NCBI GenBank assembly: GCA_965248575.1
Contig: CBDFJQ010000002.1
Coordinates: forward strand, 768,001-832,000
DNA: 64,000 nucleotides
Direction of reading: 5' to 3'
Source of the DNA: Planctomycetota bacterium
GTDB lineage: Bacteria > Planctomycetota > B15-G4
The notes beneath the pieces are model-generated. The model was not told the origin of the DNA. It did not search any database and saw nothing but the letters and a program-made list of their open reading frames with translations. Made by a program: the position numbers and the translations under genes. Positions 48,827 to 57,027 of this stretch are shown in pieces. Numbering within the stretch: position 1 is the stretch's first letter; each line of letters starts with the position of its first letter.

Positions 48827-50893
48827 CTAGGGCGTGATCGATTTGACCGCATTGGAGGCCGAATAGCCCTCCGGTGCTCCCACATCCTCCACCCAAGCCT
48901 GCCAGAAGAATTCGGTCCCCAGGGGCAGTCCAACGGGCCAGGCGGCCACGAGGTCGAGTTCACCGTTGCCATCGGTGCCAAAGAGCTTCAGCACATCGAA
49001 ACTGGGGACCAGGGTTCCGCCGAACAGGGGCTGGGGGGCGAGGCTCGTACCGACGAAGACGCCGACGAAGGCGTTCGGGGCCGCCTCCCGCACGGTCAGG
49101 GTGGTGGGGTCGCTGCTCAGCAGGCTGCCACTGAGGCGCAACTCTGGGATCCCCGAGGCCCCAGCCAAGCCCGTTCCCAGCAGATGAAAGCGCTGGTTGG
49201 GGTAGCGGGTCTCGAAGAAGGTCATCATGCCGTTCTTGCTGTGCTCGAGAATGTGACAGTGAGCCAGCCAGCCGCCAGAGGTGTCGTCCCCGGGGTAGAG
49301 GCCTTCAGCTCGGACCTCGCCCTCCCGGCCGTCGTCATTGAAGGTGGCGAGGGCGCGCAGGGTGGTGTTGCTCGAGAAAGGCACCGGATCCCGGCGTCCG
49401 GGCACCCGGAAGGTGTCCTTGTTCTCGAGGTAGCCAATCTCCTCAACGTAGTTGAGGGTTGGGTCCACCACGTGGGTGTACTCGATCTCGTAGGGCTGGA
49501 AGGTCCACCCGTGGGTGTGGAAGGGGTGATCCATGTGGGTAAGGTTCTTCACCTCCCAGCGATAGGTTTTGCCCACTTCCAGGTCGAGGGCGTCCAAGCT
49601 GCCAATCAGCGGCATCGGAGCTGGGCTGCCGTTGATCATCTGGATGAACAGCTTCACGTCACCCGTTGGCGGCAGGGGCGGCAGCTGGTGACCCATGACC
49701 AGCTGCAGGGTCCCGGCAACGTCGTTCGGGTCGATGGCAGGGATGGTCCGAAGGTTGGCCGGCGGAATGTACGGCGTGCCCTGGGGGCCCTGGGGAACGA
49801 TGCGGAACAAGAGGTCCGGAAGAGCGTTGCCGTCCGTGACGTCATCGCCCAGCACGATCGTGCCCGACATGTCCGGGTTGTACATGACCGTGTGTGCGCC
49901 GCGATTCCAGTCGTGTGACTGCACCACGAGGTTGGTAGCGATGCCATCCGGGGTCCAGACCATGTCGGCGCGCTCACCCGGGGTGAGGAACAGGCCTTGG
50001 TCCGGGTCGGCACTGCTCATGTGGTCGGGGCCCGGGCTCGGACCTGGGAAGATGACGTCGATGGGTTCCTTCAGTTGCGGGTTCTCGAGCAGACCGCCGT
50101 CACCACCAATGCGATAGACCTGCTGAATCGAGCCGGCGCCCTCAAAAGGAGTCTCGAAGGACACGCGGAAGAAGCGCACGTTGGCCACGTTGACGATGCG
50201 CCAACGCTCCGGCGTGCCGTTGACCACCGGGAAGGACATGGGGGCGACCTTGCCGTTGACGAGCACATGCGTGCCGGTGCGCCCGTTTAGGGTCTCGTCC
50301 ACCTTCTGGATCGGATCCACGGGGTCGTGGGTCTCGATCTGGTTGTTTCCGTCGAGCTTGATGTCGTCGAGGATGACCAGGCGTTCGAGGGTCGGCAGGC
50401 CCAGGCCGGCTTCGCCGACCGGGTCACGTACGAGGATTGCGCCGTAGAGTCCCTTCTCCACCATCTCGTCCGTGCGGATGTGGGGGTGGTACCAGAAGAG
50501 CGACGCCGTGAGCAGGTCAAACTCGTAGTCGAAGGTGCCGCCCGGAGGGATCGCCTTCTGTGCAATGTGACTGCCATCCATGTCAGCCGGCGTTTCGATG
50601 CCGTGCCAATGGATGGTCGTGTCCGTGTTCAGGTTGTTGGTGAAGTGAACGATGAGCGTGTCGCCCACGTTGGCTTCGATGGTCGGGCCGGGGATCGTCC
50701 CGTTGTACGCAGCCACGGCTGTCGCCGCACCGGGCAGATACTGCTTCGTCGTCTCGGACGCCTCAAGGAACACCTCGACGATCTGAGGGTCGGGGTTCAC
50801 ATCCGTAGCCAGGGGTGGCGACACGAACTGCGCACTTGCGGCGGTGCCAACGGCTGAGAACAAAAGCAGCAAGGGAAGGGTGTAGGCGCGCAT
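48827..50893 (-). CDS. Secreted multicopper oxidase, paralogue 2, with extra C-terminal domain
   Basis: IHWHG, WYHPH, HPFHTHG, HCHILEHSKNGM; signal peptide ending ASA; GGAG RBS. Confidence 0.93.
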   Translation of the reverse strand: MRAYTLPLLLLFSAVGTAASAQFVSPPLATDVNPDPQIVEVFLEASETTKQYLPGAATAVAAYNGTIPGPTIEANVGDTLIVHFTNNLNTDTTIHWHGIETPADMDGSHIAQKAIPPGGTFDYEFDLLTASLFWYHPHIRTDEMVEKGLYGAILVRDPVGEAGLGLPTLERLVILDDIKLDGNNQIETHDPVDPIQKVDETLNGRTGTHVLVNGKVAPMSFPVVNGTPERWRIVNVANVRFFRVSFETPFEGAGSIQQVYRIGGDGGLLENPQLKEPIDVIFPGPSPGPDHMSSADPDQGLFLTPGERADMVWTPDGIATNLVVQSHDWNRGAHTVMYNPDMSGTIVLGDDVTDGNALPDLLFRIVPQGPQGTPYIPPANLRTIPAIDPNDVAGTLQLVMGHQLPPLPPTGDVKLFIQMINGSPAPMPLIGSLDALDLEVGKTYRWEVKNLTHMDHPFHTHGWTFQPYEIEYTHVVDPTLNYVEEIGYLENKDTFRVPGRRDPVPFSSNTTLRALATFNDDGREGEVRAEGLYPGDDTSGGWLAHCHILEHSKNGMMTFFETRYPNQRFHLLGTGLAGASGIPELRLSGSLLSSDPTTLTVREAAPNAFVGVFVGTSLAPQPLFGGTLVPSFDVLKLFGTDGNGELDLVAAWPVGLPLGTEFFWQAWVEDVGAPEGYSASNAVKSITP

Positions 50894-51034
50894 GGCCAGG
50901 GCTCCAGAGAGGCTCGAATAGCAGTCGCAGATTAACACGCCCTGCCGATCCGAGTGGCGCGCTGAGGTGCGCATCCACCCGGGTGCGCAGTGTGTAGGCG
51001 GGGCGTGCGAGAGTGCGAGTCGCACGTGCCGGGT

Positions 51035-52636
51035 TCAGCGCATGTGGCGCTCGACGAGGCCCCAAGCGGCATCAGCCAGGATCGCCAGCAGGGCCGCCGG
51101 AACTGCGCCGGAGAGAATGAGTCTCGTATCGTTCAAGGCGAGCCCGGTGACGATGGGTTCTCCGAGTCCACCAGCACCAATGAAAGCCGCCAAAGTGGCG
51201 ACTCCAAGGGTGATCACGGTGGCTGTGCGGATTCCAGCCATGATGGTGGGACGCGCGAGAGGCAGCTCCACATGCCGCAGCGTCTGGCGAGGCGTCAACC
51301 CCATGCCTGTCGCCGCTTCGATGAGATCCGGGTCAACATCCATCAGGCCAGCGTAGGTGTTGCGCAGGATTGGAAGCAGCGCGTACAGCACGAGGGCTGC
51401 GTAGGCCGCATCCAAGCCGAGGCCGAGCCAGGGAATCATGAATGCGAGCAAGGCCAGGCCCGGGATCGTCTGGATGACCCCAGCAAGGGCGAGCACAGGC
51501 CCGGCAACTTTCTGGCGACGCCTTCCCCTTCGTGAGATGAACACGCCGAGCGGCAGCGACAGGAGAGTTGCGGTCAGGACGGCGCTGATCGTGAGCAGCA
51601 GGTGCTCCCAGATCAATCGCCCCGTCACCCCTAGCCGGGAAGCCATGAACTGACTCAGGCTACCGCGTCGCTCCCCAGCGCCGGTCTCCAAGGATGAGCC
51701 CACGCCTGCCGCTGCCCCTGGCGAGTCTCCGAGCAGGCCTTCTTCGAGCAGGAAGCTGCGGGCCGCCTCGTAGAAAGACAGGCCGTCGACTTCGACCCGC
51801 CCATTCAGTTCCTGCATGCGTGCCTCAGGCAGACGGAGCGCCAGTCGCTCGATAACCTCGCGGGCGCCCGGCGCGCGTCGCGCGAGGTCAGCTCGGACGA
51901 TGGGAGCGCACTGGTAGGGCGGCCAGAAGCCCAGGTCATCCTCCAGCACAGCCAGGTCAAAGCGCTGAAGCTTTCCGTCGGTCGTCCAGACGTCGACGAT
52001 GTCGAGCTCACCCTGCCGCAGGGCTTCGAACGTCAGTCCGTGGTCCATTCCGCGCAAGCTGTCGAAGCGCAGGTTGTAGGCTTCTGCGAGACCCGGCCAG
52101 CCATCCTCGCGTGCGAGGAACTCGTGGCTCACTCCGGCGCGCAGCCCTGTGCTGTGGGCGGCGAGATCCGAAAGCCGCTTGAGGTTGAGGCTCTCGGCCA
52201 GTGTTCGCGTGACAGCCAGCGCATAGCTGTTGCTGAACCCGAAGGGCGGCAGCCAATCCACGTCGTAGAGGCGGTTGAATTCGAGGTCAACGTGCACATA
52301 GGTGCGGAGCGGGTCCGTGGCGGCGCCCTGCTCCTTCAAGATGACGGCCCACGCCGTACCGGTGTATTCGGGGTACACATCGATCTCACCCGCTCGAAGC
52401 GCCTCGAAGGCGACCAGCGTTCCGCCGAGACCGTCCTTGAGCTGGACGTCGTAGTCCGTGTGAGCTTCCAGCATCTGCGCCATGAGCTGGGCGAGGATCC
52501 TGTTCTCTGCGAAGTTCTTGCTTCCAATGACGATCGGGCCCGTCGCGTCCTGGGCCAGGGAAGGCTGTCCGATCGCGGCCACGAGTGTGAGGCACAGGGT
52601 GACGAGCGCGCGTCCGCCGTTTCGTCTCGACATCAT
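51035..52636 (-). CDS. Glycine betaine/osmoprotectant ABC transporter, fused substrate-binding and permease protein
   Basis: IVIGSKNFAEN, DVYPEYTGT, QTIPGLAL, EAATGMG, IGAGGLG. Confidence 0.92.
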   Translation of the reverse strand: MMSRRNGGRALVTLCLTLVAAIGQPSLAQDATGPIVIGSKNFAENRILAQLMAQMLEAHTDYDVQLKDGLGGTLVAFEALRAGEIDVYPEYTGTAWAVILKEQGAATDPLRTYVHVDLEFNRLYDVDWLPPFGFSNSYALAVTRTLAESLNLKRLSDLAAHSTGLRAGVSHEFLAREDGWPGLAEAYNLRFDSLRGMDHGLTFEALRQGELDIVDVWTTDGKLQRFDLAVLEDDLGFWPPYQCAPIVRADLARRAPGAREVIERLALRLPEARMQELNGRVEVDGLSFYEAARSFLLEEGLLGDSPGAAAGVGSSLETGAGERRGSLSQFMASRLGVTGRLIWEHLLLTISAVLTATLLSLPLGVFISRRGRRRQKVAGPVLALAGVIQTIPGLALLAFMIPWLGLGLDAAYAALVLYALLPILRNTYAGLMDVDPDLIEAATGMGLTPRQTLRHVELPLARPTIMAGIRTATVITLGVATLAAFIGAGGLGEPIVTGLALNDTRLILSGAVPAALLAILADAAWGLVERHMR

Positions 52637-53433
52637 CCGAAGTGCTCCTGGACGAAGCCTTGCACGAAGTCGCCTTCGGGGCGGTCGCGGAAGTCCTCCT
52701 CGGTCCCGACCTGACACAGTTGGCCTGCATCCAGCAGGGCCACCCTGTCCCCGAGCTCGAAGGCCTCGCGCAGATCGTGGGTGACGAGCAAGGTGGTCTG
52801 GCCGGTGGTTTCTTTGAGGTCCTTGAACTCGCGACGCAAGCGGGTTCGGGTGATGTTGTCGAGCGCTCCGAAGGGTTCATCCATCAGCAGCAATGGTGGG
52901 TCCATGAGCAGGGCGCGGGCGACGCCGACCCGCTGGCGCTGCCCACCCGAGAGCTGGGATGGGCGCCGCAGCGCCACCTCGTCGGGGTCAAGGTGGACCA
53001 ACCGCAGGAGGGTGCGCACTCGCTCGCTGATTCGGTCAGGAGACCATCCGGCGAGCTCAGCCAGCAATCCCACGTTGCGCTCGACGTGCATATGGGGGAA
53101 GAGCCCGCCCGACTGGATCACGTAGCCCATGCGCAACCGGAGTTCCTGAGCGGGCTGATCCCGCACACTGACGCCCTCGAAGAGCACGTCGCCACGGCTG
53201 AGGTCCACGAGGCGATTGACCATCTTGATCAGGGTGGTCTTCCCGCAGCCGCTCGTGCCGATGATGCAGAGCGTCTCGGCTCTCCTGACGGCCAGGTCAA
53301 GGCTCGCCACGGCGGCGACCGGCTCGCCGTTCGGCGCGGTGAAGTCCACGCCCGCTGCGCGAAACTCCAAGGCAAACTCGGTTTTGCCGCTATGCTCGTC
53401 CGGCCTGAGTTGGTGCGCCTGCTCAGTCATCAC
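52633..53433 (-). CDS. Osmoprotectant ABC transporter ATP-binding subunit
   Basis: GTSGCGKTT, LSGGQRQR, LLMDEPFGALD, VTHD. Confidence 0.93.
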   Translation of the reverse strand: MMTEQAHQLRPDEHSGKTEFALEFRAAGVDFTAPNGEPVAAVASLDLAVRRAETLCIIGTSGCGKTTLIKMVNRLVDLSRGDVLFEGVSVRDQPAQELRLRMGYVIQSGGLFPHMHVERNVGLLAELAGWSPDRISERVRTLLRLVHLDPDEVALRRPSQLSGGQRQRVGVARALLMDPPLLLMDEPFGALDNITRTRLRREFKDLKETTGQTTLLVTHDLREAFELGDRVALLDAGQLCQVGTEEDFRDRPEGDFVQGFVQEHFG

Positions 53434-53500
53434 ACTCTGTCATCACACCCTGTCTTCTGGCCGGGACCCTGCCGCGAGAGATCACACGATGCATTGCACC

Positions 53501-54298
53501 ATGAACACCACGAAGCCCGCGACTCCTCCGCAGAAGATCCGTAGGGGCAGGGGGGCGAGCGCCAGTTTGCGAGCGGCTGCACGCTGGCGCCTTGCAGCGC
53601 TGTGCCTGGCCTGGGCGTTCTGCGGCGCTGAATCTCTGGCACAGACCACGCACATCATCACGACCTCCGGCTTCAGCTTCAGCCCCAACAACATCACCAT
53701 CTCCAAAGGTGACACCGTGCGCTGGACGAACCTCCAGGGCAACAGCCACAACGTGGCGCAGACAGACTGCCCAGCCACGCCGACATCGGTCTACAACGGC
53801 GGTTTCTTCTCGGGCTTCGGCGGTGACGTCGACACCTTCGAGCTCGTCTTCAACGATGTCGGGGAGTTCTGCTTCATCTGTCAACCGCACGTTTCGTTCA
53901 GCATGAACGGACACATCACGGTGGAGCCTGTCTGGACGGACCTCGGCGGCGGAACCGCCGGCGTGAACGGCGTGCCATCACTCGTTGTAGACGGCCCCCT
54001 GACTGCCGGCTCCAACTTGTCCTTGAGTCTCACGGATGCTGCGCCCAATGCGGCGCTGGTGTTCTGGCTGGCGTTCGCACCGGTGCCCTTCGCCGCCCTG
54101 GGTGGCACGGTCTGGGCCTTTCCCTACAACCTGCAGGTGATTCGCACGAGCAATGCTTCGGGTGCGTTCAGCCAGAGCGTGCCCTGGCCCGCCGGGGTAC
54201 CGGTCGGGACCGAGCTCTCGTTGCAGTTCCTGATTCAGGATCTCTCGGTGCCCTCGGGCATCGTGTTGGCCAACGGAGCGTTTGCCACGACGCCCTAG
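53501..54298 (+). CDS. Secreted plastocyanin-like cupredoxin with extra C-terminal domain
   Basis: FSPNNITISKGDTVRWTN, HNV, CQPHVSFSM (type 1 Cu ligands H, C, H, M); start 53489 or 53501. Confidence 0.88.
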   Translation: MNTTKPATPPQKIRRGRGASASLRAAARWRLAALCLAWAFCGAESLAQTTHIITTSGFSFSPNNITISKGDTVRWTNLQGNSHNVAQTDCPATPTSVYNGGFFSGFGGDVDTFELVFNDVGEFCFICQPHVSFSMNGHITVEPVWTDLGGGTAGVNGVPSLVVDGPLTAGSNLSLSLTDAAPNAALVFWLAFAPVPFAALGGTVWAFPYNLQVIRTSNASGAFSQSVPWPAGVPVGTELSLQFLIQDLSVPSGIVLANGAFATTP

Positions 54299-54380
54299 GT
54301 GCTGGAACCGTGGGTGTGGCCCCCTGGAGAAACAAGGGGGGTGCACCTTCTCCGGTCGCGCTCCAGGCCGCAGGCGAGCC

Positions 54381-55094
54381 TCAGTCCTGGGACGCTCGCA
54401 ACAGGCCGTAGGGGTCATGGGCTGAAGAGGCGGGCAACGCGACGACGCTGTTGAGCCCTGGCAGCACATCGGCGCGCGCGAGCAAGGCCACGGTGGCCCG
54501 GAAGGCGGGCGTGGTGCTCTCGATCGTGCGCTCCAGAACCTCGATGACACCCACCACCGCTGCGGGACACTCACGGTCATCGAGCAGAGCCACGGCCTCC
54601 CGTAGGGCCGCGCCTTCCGTGGCCTCCTCACCTGAAGTGGGGGCGGTGGTCGACAGGCACAGGCTCACACCGCGGATGTCATGTCGCAGCGCCACTTCGC
54701 CCAAGCTGGTGCTGGTGAGGGTGTAGGGGAAGAGCGGGGCAGCCACCTCCTCGTCGTCGAGGCTGTCTGCAAAGCGGGCGTCCGTGTCGAGCGCGCCCCG
54801 TTGTGTCTCGATCACGATGGCCGTCTCTTCCGCAAGCTCCAGCGGCAGCAGTTCGGAGAGCCCTGCTGCCTCTGCTGCAAGGACCAGCGCACGAGAGACA
54901 TGGTCCAGTCTCCGGAAGGTCGGGTCCCCACGGTCGAAGGCGGCCCGAAAGGCGCGTCGATCCGCCGGGTGGTCAAGCCCCATGTCCCGCCAACGCCGGT
55001 CCACGCCGCAGCTCCCCACGACTCCGGTGGCGTCCACCGAACCTACGGCAAGCACCCGCGTACCGACGTCGAACGCTTGCGGCACGTCCGTCAT
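54381..55094 (-). CDS. Non-catalytic ketosynthase-like protein (chain-length-factor-like)
   Basis: FRRLDHVSR, APLFPYTL KS N-terminal motifs; no catalytic Cys motif; coupled to the KS gene. Confidence 0.7.
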   Translation of the reverse strand: MTDVPQAFDVGTRVLAVGSVDATGVVGSCGVDRRWRDMGLDHPADRRAFRAAFDRGDPTFRRLDHVSRALVLAAEAAGLSELLPLELAEETAIVIETQRGALDTDARFADSLDDEEVAAPLFPYTLTSTSLGEVALRHDIRGVSLCLSTTAPTSGEEATEGAALREAVALLDDRECPAAVVGVIEVLERTIESTTPAFRATVALLARADVLPGLNSVVALPASSAHDPYGLLRASQD

Positions 55095-56248
55095 GCCTCC
55101 AGCACCAAGGCGGCCTGGACTCCGCCGAAGCCGCCGGCCACCTTCAGGGCACGATGGGCACCGGGGAGCTTGGTTGACGTACGCAACAACTGCAAGCGTG
55201 CATCCACGCCCAACTCCCCGAGACCTCGATTGGCGGGGGCCTCGCCGCGCTCCAGACTAGCCATCAGCAACAGGGTCTCGAGCACTCCGCTGGCACCGAG
55301 CGTGTGGCCGGTCTGGGCCTTTGTCCCGTAGGCAGGCGGCGTCTCTCCACCAAAGAGGGCGACCATGCCGTGCGCTTCCGACAGGTCGTTGGCCTCGGTG
55401 CCTGTGCCGTGCAGGTGCAGCACGTCCATGTCCTGTGGGCTCAGGGATGCGCAGTGGAGAGCGCGTTGAGCTGCGAGGGTCAGCCCGCTGCCATCGAGCC
55501 TTGGGCGGGTGACATGCGCCGCGTCATTGGCGCCGCCGTGCCCAGCCAAGAGCACACCGAGGGATTCAGTTTTCAGCGCGCTGAGCAGGAGGGCGCCGGC
55601 GCCATCCCCCAGGGTCACCCCGCGTCGCTGCGCGTCGAACGGACGACAGGCCCCGGGGTCCAGCGCATGAACGCTACCGAAGCCCGCAAGAATGAACTCC
55701 GTGAGCACATCCACACCCACCACGAGCGCTCGGTCGAGTTCTCCCCGGGCCAGGCGGCGGACGGCCAGGGCGAGAGCGACGAGGCCTGACGCACAGGCCG
55801 TGGACACGGTTACGGGCTCCGGCGATTCGGGTCCCCAGCCGAGGGCCTGCTGCAAGCGCACGCCGAGGCGTCCAGGCAGTCCGAGGCCGCGTTCGGGTTC
55901 TCCCCGCAAGCCGCGCAAGTCACCCTTGGTGGAGGCCAGGAACAGCCCCAGCCGCGCGTTTCCCGCAGCGGGGATGGAGGCGGTCGGTTGGTTGATCGCC
56001 TCGGTGGCAGCCGCGTAGGCCAGGCCTAGAGCCAGGTCTCCGTCGAAGCGAGTCTGCAGGGCTGTCGCGTCGTCGCCGGTAGGAAACTCGGCGCACACGC
56101 TGGTAGGAGCCCGGAAGGCAGCCGTGCGCGCGCGAGGCGCGATGGCCGTTTCCCCCGCAAAGACCCGGTCGATAAGCGTCTCGGCACCGAGCCCGAAGGC
56201 GGAGGCCGCGCCGCGGCCAGCGATACTCACGCGGCGTCGAAGCGTCAT
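55091..56248 (-). CDS. Beta-ketoacyl-ACP synthase
   Basis: STACASG, HLHGTGT, KAQTGHTLGA (Cys-His-His triad), GFGG. Confidence 0.92.
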   Translation of the reverse strand: MTLRRRVSIAGRGAASAFGLGAETLIDRVFAGETAIAPRARTAAFRAPTSVCAEFPTGDDATALQTRFDGDLALGLAYAAATEAINQPTASIPAAGNARLGLFLASTKGDLRGLRGEPERGLGLPGRLGVRLQQALGWGPESPEPVTVSTACASGLVALALAVRRLARGELDRALVVGVDVLTEFILAGFGSVHALDPGACRPFDAQRRGVTLGDGAGALLLSALKTESLGVLLAGHGGANDAAHVTRPRLDGSGLTLAAQRALHCASLSPQDMDVLHLHGTGTEANDLSEAHGMVALFGGETPPAYGTKAQTGHTLGASGVLETLLLMASLERGEAPANRGLGELGVDARLQLLRTSTKLPGAHRALKVAGGFGGVQAALVLEA

Positions 56249-57027
56249 GGGCTGTCCTGCTCTGACGTGGCAAGATCCGTGACGCCCAAGCTGTCGATGG
56301 TCAATCGGTAGCCGAACCACTCGTTGATCAACTCGACTCGGGTGGGCACTCCGGAGCGAGCGTCCGTCCAGTCGTAGAGGACGCGGATGAAACCGGCGGG
56401 ATCGCCGTCGAGGCGCGAGAAGCTGCGTTCGCGGAGTTTCCCGTTGAGATAGGTCTCGCGCACACGCTCCTCACCCAGCATCTCCTGGCGTTCGGACATC
56501 CCCTCGACGGGAGCGACGTCGTCGAACCACGGCCAGAACACGCGTTGAACATCGAGCAAGATGAAGCGCGGCGGGAAGGGCAGCTCGCGGTCGGTTTCGT
56601 TGCGGTAGCTGAGCTGTGTCTGCTCAGCTGAACCCTCCGGGGCCGCCCGAAGCGTGATCACGAAGCCCACGGAACCGAGCGGGGTGAGGCCGAGCAGGGT
56701 CAGGACATCGCCCTGGATCTGCAAGGCGGCATCGAAGCCGTGCTCGCCGCTGGGTCGTTGCTCTTCGTCGTGCGTTGGTGAATCAAGATCGAAGCCGCCC
56801 GCCTCTCCCCAGCGAGCCGTGACCCGCTGCTGGATCATCAAGTCGCGCCCAAACAGCTTGGGGGAGCGGAGTTCGCCGGGATAGTCATCGCCGTTCAGGG
56901 CGCGTGCCTGACCCTGCTGGGACGTCGCGCAGCCAGGCAGGAGGAGCAGCGTCGCGACCAGCACCCAGCGTGCAAGCGAGCTGGGGTGCGGGGTGAGGCA
57001 CGGGGTGCAAGGGCGACGAAGTCTCAC
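56245..57027 (-). CDS. DUF3261-like lipoprotein (ApeN-like)
   Basis: LPGC lipobox; LTLLGLTPLG, ILLDVQRVFWP, GYRLTI; positioned between MMPL and KS. Confidence 0.75.
   Translation of the reverse strand: MRLRRPCTPCLTPHPSSLARWVLVATLLLLPGCATSQQGQARALNGDDYPGELRSPKLFGRDLMIQQRVTARWGEAGGFDLDSPTHDEEQRPSGEHGFDAALQIQGDVLTLLGLTPLGSVGFVITLRAAPEGSAEQTQLSYRNETDRELPFPPRFILLDVQRVFWPWFDDVAPVEGMSERQEMLGEERVRETYLNGKLRERSFSRLDGDPAGFIRVLYDWTDARSGVPTRVELINEWFGYRLTIDSLGVTDLATSEQDSP

Noticed and set aside
46471..49918. Long plus-strand ORFs (776 aa and 395 aa)
   Set aside because: Antisense shadows of the multicopper oxidases, which carry all the motifs.
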